Shown: positions 45,610 through 56,558 of the stretch, piece by piece
Position numbering within the stretch: position 1 is the first letter of the stretch
How the letters are laid out: each line of letters begins with the position of its first letter
Origin: Euprymna scolopes
Taxonomy: Eukaryota
Length of the DNA: 64,000 nt
Reading direction: 5' to 3' (one strand)
Assembly (NCBI GenBank): GCA_053919585.1
Contig: CM132827.1
Notes under the pieces: model-generated
Database searches by the model: none
What the model was told of the DNA's origin: nothing
Seen by the model: only the letters and a program-made list of their open reading frames with translations
Made by a program: the position numbers and the translations under genes

Positions 45610-45975
45610 ATTTCTCTTCTCACCAAGGCAACCATAATTTAAAAAAAATTAAAATCATTTTTAGAAGATGGATCATTATTATTTCCAAATTAATACATAA
45701 ATACATTGTGTTGGTTAATGAGTTCGCAACCCTTGCTTCGCCATAAATTTCAATGTTATTGGGTCTTTCCTTCCTCACTAACGGCACCATAATTTTAAGA
45801 AAAATTATGTCATTTTTGGAAGGTGTCCCAGCAGGATTTTCAAATTGATACCCAAATACATTGGCACGGTTAGTGATTAGACAACCCTTGCTTCATTATA
45901 AAATTTAGCATTACTGTGTTTCATATTCTTTCCCCACTACCGACAGCAATTTTTTTTGGAAAAAAGACGTCATTG
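45610..45975. repeat. Degenerate ~155-bp tandem repeat, ~2.5 copies
   Basis: CAACCCTTGCTTC at 45727 and 45882. The flanking AAATACATTG and CCATAATTT motifs repeat at the same spacing. Confidence 0.75.
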
Positions 45976-46031
45976 AAAATTCAGAAAAATATGGATGACC
46001 CCCAACAGAAATTTGCCCAGTTCACCTTCAC

Positions 46032-47432
46032 ATAAGATATTTCTAGTGGCTTGATGCTTTGTCTGGAGCCATTTAAATAAAAAATATTTCTAATAGGTGC
46101 ATGCCTTGTTTGGAGCGATTTTCATAAAAAAATTGTAGTGGCTTCAAGCCCTGTCTGAAGCGATTATTATATATCATCTTCAGTGGCATAATGTCTTGTC
46201 TGGGGCGATTTCCATAAGACATTTCAAGTGGCTGCGTGCCTTGTCTTGAGCGATTTAAGTAAAAGCTTTCAAGTGGCTTCGTGCTTTGTTTAGAGTAATT
46301 TAAAGGAAAACTTCCAAGTGGCTTCATGCCTTGTCTGGAGCGATTTTTAAAAAACATTTCAAGTGGTTTCATGTTCTGTCCAGCGCGATTTGAAAAAAAA
46401 AAAAAAACTCAAGTGGCCTCTTGCCTTGTCTGGAGTGATTTATATATAAACTTTCAAGTGGCTTCATGCGTTTTTCATAAATCATTTCAAGTGACTTCAT
46501 GCATTGTCTGGAGCGATTTCCATAAAAAATTCTAGTGGCTTTATGCTTTGTCTGGAGCTATTCCCATAAAACATTTCAAGTTGCTTCATGTCTTGTCTGG
46601 AGCGAATTTAACAAAAAAATAAGTGGCTTTATGCCTTGTCTGGAGCGAATTTCATATAACATTTCAAGTGGCTTCATGCTGTGTGTGTGGAGCGATTCTT
46701 ATATAAAATTTCTAGTAGCTTTATGCCTTGTCTGGAGCGATTTCCATAAAAAAATTTCCAATGGCTTGATGCCTTGTTTGAAGAATTTCTATAAAACATT
46801 TCAAGTCTGGATCCTTGTCTGGATCAATAACAAAAACAATCAAAGTGGCTTCATGCCTTGGCTAGAACGATTGCCATAAATCATTTTAAGTGGCTTCATG
46901 CCTTTTTGAGCAATTAAAAAAAAAAACTTTCAAGCCTACTCTTGATCGATTTCCATAAAACATTTCAAGTGGCTTCATACCTTGTCTGGTACTATATCCA
47001 TAAAACATTCCATGTGGCTACATGCTTTGTCTGGAGCGATCTGCATATCAAATTTCTAGTGGCTTTATGCTATGTCTGGAGCAATTTCCATGAAAAAAAT
47101 TTTTAGTGGCTTCGTGCCTTGTCTGGATCAATTTTCAGAAACAATTTCCAGTGGCTTCAAGCCCTATCTGAAGCGATTTCCATAAAAAATTTCCAGTGGC
47201 TTTATGCTTTGTCTGGAGCGATTTCTATAAAAAAAATTATAGCGGGTTCATGCCGTGTCTGGAGCGATTGCCATAAAACATTTCAAGTAGCTTCATGCAG
47301 TGTCTGGAGCGATTTCTATAAAACAATTTAAGAGGCGTCATGCTTTGTCTCGAGCGATTTTAATAATAAAAAAAAACTTTTAAGTGGTTTCATGCGTTGT
47401 CTGGATCGATTTTCATAAAAACTTTCAAGTGG
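46032..47432. repeat. ~45-bp minisatellite, ~30 diverged copies
   Basis: Approximate consensus ATTTCAAGTGGCTTCATGCCTTGTCTGGAGCGATTTCCATAAAAC. The repetitive ORFs at 46073-47331 derive from it. Confidence 0.95.
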
Positions 47433-47540
47433 CAAAGCTGTGTCTTCTGCCTCAGTATATATTTCCATCTATCTCATTCAATCCCGGGCGACGCCAGGCC
47501 TTTTGCTAGTATATATTTCCATCAATCCTATTTAATCTAT
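47433..47540 (+). mobile_element. Tandem ~55-bp units carrying a Helitron-like 3' terminus
   Basis: CCCGGGCGACGCCAGG hairpin, CCTTTTG, CTAG-T at 47483-47510. It is embedded in repeated AGTATATATTTCCATCTATCTCATTCAAT units. Confidence 0.6.
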
Positions 47541-47544
47541 TAGA

Positions 47545-48898
47545 TGACGTTATTATTTCAGCACATACGTACAGAATAGTCTACAAAAATACCTTTCTTT
47601 CTCCATACTAAGACTAGCTTTCTAAAGAATAATGTTATTATTTCAGCACGGTCTGTATCCCATATGGCATTTTTTCATTAAATTCTTAGGAGAAAGTACA
47701 GATTAGTTAAAGAATGGCTTTCTTAACAATAACGTTATTATTTCAGCACAATACTTATCAGGTATGTCTTTCTATTTTTTAGTAAGGTGAAAGTACAGAA
47801 TAGTTTAAAAAAACATATGCTCCTCATAATAAGAATGGCTATCTAAATAATAACCTAATTATTTCAGCACGGTCCGTAATCCGTATCTCAGTTTTTTATT
47901 TATTAAATTGTAAGATGAAAGTACAGAATAGTTAAAAACATACGCTCCCCCATATTAAGAATGGGTTTCAAAATAACAACCTTATTATTTCAGCACTGTC
48001 TGTATCCCGTATGCCATTTTTTTTTTTTCATTTATTAAATTACTAGAAGAAAGTACAGATTAGTTAAAAACATACGCTCCCCATATTAAGAATGGCTATC
48101 TGAAGAATAACCGTATTATTTTTCATTAATTAAACTTTTAATTATTTCTAAATAATAATCTGTATCCCGTATGCCATTTTTTCATTTATTAAATTCCTAG
48201 AAGAAAGTACAGATTAGTTAAAAACGTACGCTCCCCATATTAAAAATGGCTATCTAAAGAATAGTCATATTATGTCAGCACGGTCCGTAATCCATAGGTC
48301 AGATTTTTTATTTATTAAATTGTAAGACACTCGCTTCCCATATTAAGAATGGTTTTCTAAAGAATAACGTTATTATTTCAACACGGTCCGTAATCCATAC
48401 GCCAGTTTTTTGTTTGTTTTTTTTTTTAGGTGAAAGTACAGAATTGTTAAACACATACGCTCCCCATATTAAGAATGGCTTTAATAACGTTAATATCTCA
48501 GCACGCTCCGTATTTCGAATGTCAGTTATTCATTTATTAAATTGTTAGGTGAAAGCAAAGAATAGTAAAAAACTCTCCCCTCCCCATATTAAGAATGGCT
48601 TTCAAATAATGTTATTATTTCAGCACGGTTCGTATTCCCTATGTCAGTTTTGATTTATTAAATTGTAAGGTGAAAGTACAGAATAGTTTAAACATATGCT
48701 TCCCATATTAAGAATAGCTTTCTAAATAATAGCGTTATTATTTCAGCACGGTCCGTATTACGCATGTCAGTTTTGTTTTTTTTATTAAATTCTTAGGTGA
48801 ACGTACAGAATAGTTTTAAAAAAACATATACCTCCCATATTAAGAATGGCTTTCTTAATAATAACATTATGATTTCAGCACGGTCCGTATTCTGTATG
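47545..48898. repeat. ~120-bp degenerate tandem repeat, ~11-12 copies
   Basis: Recurring blocks GTTATTATTTCAGCACGGTCCGTA, GAAAGTACAGAATAGTT and CCCATATTAAGAATGGCT. Confidence 0.92.
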
Positions 48899-49054
48899 AA
48901 ATTAGATTGAGAAACAGATACTTAATGTTGACTAATACTAAACAAAAATAGAGATAATGCATGGGAGGAATCTGTCTGGCTTTTTCTCAGCAGTCCAGAG
49001 ACCCCTCCCCTCATTTGTTTTTTTTTTAAGGAGGATATAATGCCTGGTACAAAA

Positions 49055-49082
49055 CTACTTGGTTACTTGGCTAAGATCAAAG
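49055..49082 (+). pseudogene. U2 snRNA-derived fragment (U2 nt ~5-32)
   Basis: CTACTTGGTTACTTGGCTAAGATCAAAG versus U2 CTTCTCGGCCTTTTGGCTAAGATCAAAG: 22/28 ungapped, with the last 16 nt identical. Confidence 0.6.
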
Positions 49083-49126
49083 ATTATTTATAATTAGTCA
49101 ATATTTATTTACTTAAATAATATTGA

Positions 49127-49153
49127 CTAGCAGGACCTGTGAAAATTCCACAG
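49127..49153 (-). mobile_element. Helitron-like 3' terminus
   Basis: Minus strand reads CTGTGGAATTTTCACAG (hairpin), GTCCTG, CTAG-T. Confidence 0.5.
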
Positions 49154-49257
49154 CAGCATTTTTCATATGTAATATATTGTTGCTGAGCATTCTGTGGGCG
49201 TTCTGTTCAGCATGAAGGAAGGCACAATAATATTATTCTTTCCCTTTTATTAAAACT

Positions 49258-51058
49258 GTATCGCCACCTTACTAAAATAATAACTTTGATATATTTCCAG
49301 GGCTGATTATTTCATTACAAACACACTGGTCAATTAACACACATTTCATCATTTTTCATAATTATTGAATATGTTACTATGTTCAACAATAATTTATGAT
49401 AATTTTAACCTACATTATCGCCTCTCCCCTTACTAAAATATAAAAATTGATATATTGTATGGGCTGATTATTTCATAAAAAAAACGCAACTATTAATTTA
49501 CTAACATTTCATCATTTTTCATAATTCTTGGAGATGCTACTAATTTCGACAATAATTTTTCATCATATAAACTTACTATATCGCACACCTTACTAAAATA
49601 ATAACTTTGATATATTATCTAGGCAGATTATTTCATTATATTATAAACACAGCAATCAATTAACTCACATTTCATCATTTTTCATAATTCTTGGATATGT
49701 TACTAATTTCGACAATTAGTTTTTATCATTTTAACCGACATCATCGCCCCCCTTACTAAAATAATAACTTTGATATATTGTCTGGTCTTATTATTTCATT
49801 GCAAACACACTAATACATTAAATCACATATTATCATTGTTCATAATTCTTGCATATGTTACTAATTTCGACAATCATTTTTCATAATTTAAACCATCTTT
49901 ATCGCTCTCTCTCTTACTAACATGATAACTTTGATATATTGTCTGGGCTGAATATTTTATTATAAACACACCAATCAATTAACTCATATTTCATCATTTT
50001 TCGTAATTCTTGAATACGTTACTAATTTCGAAAATAGTTTTTCATAATTTAAACCATCTCTATCGTCCTCTTTTACTAAAAAAATAACTTTTATGCGTTA
50101 TTTGGACTGGTTATTTCATTAAAAAACACAACTATCTATTAACTCACATTTCATCAATTTTTATAATTCTCGGATATGTTACTAATTTCGACAAACACTT
50201 TTTATATTTTTAACCCACATTATTAACCATCCACTACTAAAATAACTTTGATATATTATCTGGGATGATTATTTCATTTCAAACACACCAATCAATTAAC
50301 TCACATTTCGTGATTTTTCATAATTATTGGACATGTTACTAATGTCGACAATCATTTTTCATCATTTTAACCCATATCATCGCCCCCTTTTTTTTAAATA
50401 ATAACTTTGATATATTGCTTGGGCTGATTATTTCATGGCAAACGCACTAATGAATTTAATTACATGTTATCTTTTTTCATAACTCTTTGATATGTTAAAA
50501 ATTTCGACAATCATTTTTCAAAATTTAAACCATCCTTATCGCCCTCTCTTACTAACATAATAATTTTGATATATTGTCTGGGCTGATTATTTTATTAAAA
50601 ACACACCTATTAACTCAAATTTCATCATTTTTCGTAATTCTTGGATATGTTACTCACTTCATCGCCCTTTCTTACTAAAATAATAACTTTTATATATTTC
50701 CTGGGCTGATTATTTCATTAGAAACACAGCAATCAATTAACTCAAGTTTAATCATTTTTCATAATTCTTGGATATGTTACTACATTTCGACAATCTTTTT
50801 TTGTAATTAAAACCCCACGTTATGCCCCCTTCTATTAATATAATAATTTGATATATTGCCTGGGCTTATTATTTCATTGCAAACACACCAATCAACTAAC
50901 TCACATTTCATCATTTTTCATAATTCTTGGATATGTTACTAATTTCGACAATAGTTTTCATAACTTTAACCCACTATGTTGCTCCCCTCCTTACTTAAAT
51001 AATAACTTTGATATATTGCTTGTACTGATTATTTCATTACAAACACATCAATCAATTC
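49258..51058. repeat. ~160-bp AT-rich degenerate tandem repeat, ~11-12 copies
   Basis: TTACTAAAATAATAACTTTGATATATT...GGGCTGATTATTTCATT...CACATTTCATCATTTTTCATAATTCTTGGATATGTTACTAATTTCGACAAT recurs at about 49270, 49431, 49591, 49754, 49915, 50074 and 50236, and on to ~50992. Confidence 0.95.
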
Positions 51059-51273
51059 CAGGTATTCTCATAGTATATATGTTCCACCTATCTCATCTAA
51101 TCCCAGGTGACGCCGCATATTCTGCTAGTACATATATTTCACCTATCTCATTCGATCCCAAGCGACATTGTTGTGGGTATTCTGCTACTATATGTTTTCC
51201 ACCTATCTCATTCAATACTGGGCGACGCTTTCTGATAGTATATATTTGCACTTATCTCATTCAAACCCGGGAC
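51058..51273 (+). mobile_element. About four tandem ~55-bp Helitron-3'-end-like units, same family as 47433-47540
   Basis: Repeated TAGTATATAT..CACCTATCTCATTCAATCCC(G/A)GGCGACGCC..TTCTGCTAGT. The best CTAG is at 51125-51128. Confidence 0.6.
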
Positions 51274-51700
51274 TGACTTCATGTCCGCCACCCCACTATT
51301 AAAAATATACATGTAATGTTTAAATGATAAACTTTTTCAGACATTTCTGGGACTAAGTTTATATCCCCACCTCACTGCTAAAAATATACATGAAATAATG
51401 TAATGTCTTAATAGTAAATTGTTTCAGCCCTTTCCGTGACTGACTTCATATACCCCACCCCACTGTTATAAATATACATTAAATAAAGTAATGTTTAATG
51501 CGTAAACGGTTTCAGCCATTTCCAGGACTGATTTCATATCTCCCACACAACTGTTAAAAATATATATGAAATAAAGTAGTGTTTAAATCGTAAACAGTTT
51601 AAGTCATTTCCGGGACTGACTTACTATATCCCACCCACTGTTTAAAATATACTTGAAATAAGGTAATGTTTAAATCATAACTTATTTCAGCAGCTTTTCG
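51268..51700. repeat. ~87-bp degenerate tandem repeat, 5 copies
   Basis: GGACTGACTT..CCCACCCCACTGTTAAAAATATACATGAAATAAAGTAATGTTTAAAT at about 51270, 51350, 51437, 51525 and 51613. Confidence 0.9.
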
Positions 51701-51760
51701 AAATTAATACATAAAAAACATTAAGCATTAGGCAACCATTGATTCAACATGAATTTCTGG

Positions 51761-51971
51761 GTGTAGTATCAGTCTCAGCATTCTAGTGACTTGAAGCCCC
51801 CCCTCCTTTTGTGGGGGCTTGGTTAATGGAGGAGAAATCCTCCATTACTGATACAATTTTTATTTTTGTTACTGACCAGAGTGCCCTTTTGGGGAACCGG
51901 TTTCCCCCAAAACTTTTAACCGACCTCATGTCCAACTCTGTCCTTGTGGGGAGGCAAGTAAACAAAAAAAA
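51761..51971 (+). other. Putative short structured element (copy A) starting with the U2 branch-site-recognition sequence and ending in an A tract
   Basis: Starts GTGTAGTATC (U2 nt 32-41). Has three hairpins (AAGCCCCC..GGGGGCTT; TAATGGAGGA-GAAA-TCCTCCATTA; TTTTGGGGAA..TTCCCCCAAAA). Its tail CGACC..TGTC.AA.TCTGTCC..GTGGGGAGGC is shared with 52153-52187 on the minus strand, followed by AAACAAAAAAAA. Confidence 0.4.
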
Positions 51972-52090
51972 TCAGAAGGGACATTTTTCAGGGCATCTTA
52001 TAATTAATCAGAAGAGACATTTCCAGTGCATTTTATAATTAATCAGAAGGGACATTTCCAGGGAATTTTGTAATTAAATAAGAAATTACT
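51970..52090. repeat. 35-bp tandem repeat, ~3.5 copies
   Basis: AATCAGAAGGGACATTTCCAGGGCATTTTATAATT at about 51970, 52006, 52041 and 52077. Confidence 0.85.
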
Positions 52091-52144
52091 TTTCCCAGTT
52101 ACTTTTGTAATATTAAAACTTTGTTACATTAAATATAGTACCTA

Positions 52145-52306
52145 TTAACAGAGCCTCCCCACGGGACAGATTTAGACACCAGGGTCGTTTTTTAATGTGG
52201 AGAAAAGGAACAAAAAATTGTCTTAGTCGTAAAGAATTTCTCCTCGACTGAGAGAGAAGAAATTGAAATGTAGCACCTGAAGAACAGACACTACACTTTG
52301 ATCTTG
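52145..52306 (-). other. 3' portion of U2-headed element copy B, including the downstream TSD copy at 52281-52306
   Basis: Minus strand reads CAAGATCAAAGTGTAGTGTCTGTTCT-TCAG, then GAGGAGAAATTC, then ACAATTTTTTG, then CGACCCTGGTGTCTAAATCTGTCCCGTGGGGAGGC. The motifs are collinear with copy A. Confidence 0.5.
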
Positions 52307-52625
52307 TTTATATATTTTATTGCTTTTTAAAATTTTGAAAATACAATTAAAACAAAAGATTTTTAAACAACAAAATTAGTCACAAGGCCCTACAAGAAAT
52401 TGGGGAGGGGAAGGGTTCAGGGTCTTTGTGACTAAAGTGATTAAAAGTAATAAATGTAGACTTTGGAGTCTTACTCTTGACTGGCAACATTTACCAAAAT
52501 ACCTCATTCACTCTATGGATCTTAAACTAACTAATAAATCCCCAGCATTTAAGAATCAAAACCATATTTACAATTTAAAAACAGTTGTCTGTGTGTTTGT
52601 GTATGCATTTTTTTTTTAAAAATTT

Positions 52626-52653
52626 TGTGTGTGTGTGTGTGTGTGCATGTGTG
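52626..52653. repeat. (GT)n microsatellite within the inferred LINE 3' UTR
   Basis: TGTGTGTGTGTGTGTGTGTGCATGTGTG. Confidence 0.9.
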
Positions 52654-53103
52654 AAAAAATAAAATTCAATTTCATTAGAAAATAAAAAGTTTTTGCATTA
52701 AGAGAAAGATTGTTCGTGGAGTGGGGAAAACTAATCAAAAGTGTTCATATCAAAAACAAAAAATAAATCCTACTGGGTTGTTAGCGAGGCCCCCCTGTAC
52801 TAATCTAGGTGACTAGACCCCCCCCTACTGTTTTCCGGAGAACCGGAAACAAGCAGGGCGATCCCTAATGGGGATTGGGGAAAATAACTTAATGGAAGTG
52901 GGAGAAAACAAAGCAACGGGTGGAGGGGGGTTGGAAGGTGACCTCTGAGTAGGGGAGTGACTGGGGATGTTGGAAAAGTAAGGATGTGGCACAAAGGAGA
53001 TGGGCAGACTCAGAGGTTCTCTAGTACCAAAAAATAAAATCAGGAACAGGATCTCATTTATACCACCAGTCAAGAGTCTTCTTAAGTTTTTCTTAGCTAG
53101 AAC

Positions 53104-56100
53104 CTAAGCGGGATGGGTTCCGAAAGCCCCAGCACCGCCCGTGCCATGCTTAAGGAGGGACACGTATTGAAACTTGGCTCCTCGACGGATGCACAAACTA
53201 GTGCTGTGCACCCACCTCTTGTCAAATTCCACTCTAGGAAACCTCCTCCAATCGCATCTGATCTTTACTTTAAGCAAATGTTTAAAGTAAACGATCAGAT
53301 CCCGATCCGGAACAGATGTCCCTTCGCGGACCAACTTGAGGCACATGATCCAAATCACCATGCGCACTACTGCCAGGATCGCCAGGAAAACCATTCTTTC
53401 CTCCCTGGGGAACGGCGGCTCCATGTTGTACACAAAATAACCTTCGTCGAGATCGAGCGGACATTCGGTATCGATGCGAGCCGTTACCTCTCCGACGTAC
53501 TCCAATAAGGGCTGGATCCGGCTGCAACTAAAAAACGCGTGCCTGATCGTTTTGGGCTCGCGTTCATCACAGCGCGGACAGAAGCCCCTCGTATGTTCTT
53601 TATACCGGCAGAGTTCGTCGAGAAGGGGCAGCACGTTTCGGACCAGTCGCCAGGTGAGGGAAAATTCCGAATTGTTCAGAATCTCCCGTCCCAGCGCCCA
53701 ACTTCAATGACAACGGACAACCTCCATCGACCATCCCATCCGCCTACAAAGTGGATCCTTCGCGGTCCCCTCCACTAGCTCCCGATAAAGTTTCTTTCTT
53801 GGCTGATCGCGGACACTGGTCCCTGGCAAAGCTCTAAGAGCGGTCCGGCATTCGGAGAAGAACTTAGACTCCCCCCTCGGTCTACGACGACCTTCTACCG
53901 AGGGGTTGGGTTTGAGATTGGGAAACGAGTTCTCAACCACAGGGACTCAAGGAGCGTGTTCTTCAAGCGAACAACCCAGGAAAGCCAATCTCTCGGCATT
54001 TCTATGACACAAGAGACTGGGCTGACCCAGGCCTCCCTCGCTCGGACTCTGGACACATAATGCTTACCATCGTTCCACAATAGTGAATCGATGCGCCCTT
54101 GCAAGCGGGTTAGTCGTTCTGCAGGGGGAGGAAGTACAGACAATCGCTAAAGGATGAGCGGAAAGACGTATGTAGCACACGCCTCTGCCCGACCCTTCAA
54201 GGACAATTTCCTTCCAATCCAAGTCTTCACCGACGATTTGACCTTGCCATATACTTCCCACCAATTCTTTTCCAGCTGAAGTCCCAGTCCAAACCAGACA
54301 CTGAGAATACGGACCGGTCCATCGGTCCAGCTGAAAATACCTAGAAGCGAGTTTACCCCAGTCCAGGCCCCCAACCGCAGGCCGACAGACTTGCTGTGGT
54401 TGAAGATGGCCCCTGTGACTTCTTCGTATCGAGTGAGCACCTCGACCACTGCTTGAACGTCCGTGTGGCAAGACACGAACACGGTGACATCATCAGCGAA
54501 CGCGGAAACCCTGGCTTGTGTGCCTCCAGGGAGAGCTATTCTGCGCAGGACTGGTGTAGCCGCCTCGTCCCTTAACTTGCGAAGGAGGAGTTCCAACACC
54601 AGGACATACAACAGAGGCGACAGCGGACAACCCTGACGCACTGACCGAGAGACAGTGAATGACTCCGACAGCTTACCGTTGATCTGCACCGCTACTGTCA
54701 GCCTATCATACAGGACAAAGATCCACTTGCGGAAGTCCGGATTAAATCCGGCGGCCTCTAGCACAGCTCCCAGAAACCGATGGTCGACCCTATTGAATGC
54801 CTTGGACTGATCTAAACTGATCAGCATGGCTTCGGCGTCATCTTCTGTCCCCTCTATGATCGAGCGTATCAAATGAAAATTGTCTTGAATCGATCTCCCC
54901 GTCACAGCATAAGTCTGGTCCTGTTCGATCAAGTCAGTGATGACAACCTACAAACGATTCGCAAGAATCTTTGCCAAAATTTTTAACGCTGTGTTTAGCA
55001 GAGTCAAGGGCCTAAAGTCGTTGAAATTTTCCACCCCACCATGCCAGTGACCTTTCCTCAGCAATGTGATCACTCCCTTGGTCACCTGTCCACGGATGGA
55101 ACCCTGAGCAAACCAATGGTTGAACATGTCCTTCAGAATAGGGACCAACACGGGCGACAGCCTCAAGTAGAACTCGTAGGGTAAACCATCAAGCCCCGGG
55201 GATTTGTTGTAGCCGACCTGCTTCAACGCAGTAATGACCTCATGTTCAGTAACAAGACCATCACAGCTAGCCACCCGAGCCGCCGTGAGGTGGGGCGAGT
55301 CAGCCAAATAGCTGCCAAACTCCTTGACCCTGAGTCCCGGTAGTTGGGTGAAGCGCTTCAATAGATGCTCCCAAAACCCCTCGCAGATCTACCGAGTCAA
55401 AACTAGGGCATGTCCTTCCAGGTTATGTACTTTACAAATGTACCCGTCCGAACCACGCCTTAAAGCAGCCTTACGCTCAACAGTGTCAACATTCACAGCC
55501 TCGTTGGAAACTTTCATTAATCTAGCCCTAACTACTTGACCGTCATACCGCTCGCTAGCCAAGCGGCTGAGGTCTTGTTTAGCTAGTGCTACTTCTAGGG
55601 GGTCCCCCCCCTCCACCGCCCAGGTCAATTTATCCTCTAAGCGCTTCTTTGCCTTATCTAACGTGAGGCGTTGGCTGTATTGGACAGAGAAGCGCCTAAT
55701 TTTGGCCTTAAGACTTACCACTTACTCCCTGTAACTGCCCCCACTAAAGCCCGCTGAATTAATTCGGTAACCTTCAACCGCTAGTCCTCCAACTCCAACA
55801 AGGTGCTGTTGAACTTCCAGTATCCGGCTAGTTTAGGCCTAGCACTTAAGTTCAAAATGGCCATAACGAGTTTATGGTCCGAGTGTCCTAATAAGTGGAA
55901 CGTGGGGCACGATAGAAAGTCTACGTCCCCTCTTCTAACTAGCATCCGATCCAAGTAAGTACTCGGATGGGAAGGCACTACAGGATGCCACGTCCACATC
56001 TCCCGCCCCGGATGATCCAGACGGAATCTGTCGACGAGATTGCACGAGGCCATCAAGTCGAACAGAGTGCTGTCATACCACACCAAACCCACTAGCCCCC

Positions 56101-56547
56101 CACCCGACCTTATTCATATTGGGATCAAGGATTGCATGCCAATCACCCATTAAAACTAACCATTCCAGATCCACTAAGAAGCCCTACAACCATCGAAAAA
56201 AGGATGCCCTCTCTACAGCAGAATTGGGAGCATAAACAGCGACAATCCAAAAAACACTACTATTAACGGCAGCATCAACAACAACTAGCCGCCCGTCCTC
56301 GCCTGTGTGAACAACATTCACCAACGCTGACAGGGTGCGACTCACTAACAAGGAGATTCCACGACTATAAGTATTGCCATATGCTGAGTAAACATCGTAA
56401 TCGTTCACCAGCACCTGACAATCCTCGTTACAAATAAAGTGGGTCTCCTGGATAGCGGCAATATCTACCTTGAGGGACACCAACGCGCGAGGCCTTGCTT
56501 CGACACCTGATGCCCCTCACATTCAATGTAGTCAAGTTCAAAGCCAT
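53104..56547 (-). pseudogene. LINE ORF2 (APE endonuclease - reverse transcriptase - Zn finger), disrupted by stops and frameshifts
   Basis: Starts MALNLTTLNVRG at 56547. APE motifs: IQETH, VYAPN, GDW, YLDR, SDHK. RT motifs: KSPGLDG, FRPLTLLN, LDQSKAFNRVDH, SVRQGCPLSPLLY, FADD. C-terminal CPRC...HAFFSC. It is split over at least 8 ORF fragments, for example by an in-frame TAG at 54948. Confidence 0.95.
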
Positions 56548-56558
56548 GTTCACTTACC

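Noticed and set aside
44730-47331. ORFs 44730-44966, 46073-46372, 46326-46879 and 47119-47331
   Set aside because: These are translations of (TA)n and the 45-bp minisatellite. The unit length is divisible by 3, indels are frequent and both strands are open.
48908-48930. Possible further U2 fragment on the minus strand (AGTATCTGTTTCTCA)
   Set aside because: A 10-nt exact match in AT-rich DNA is too short to support.
50848-52619. Short ORFs 50848-51276, 51783-51965, 51811-52038 and 52428-52619
   Set aside because: They cross repeat boundaries and contain no recognisable domains.
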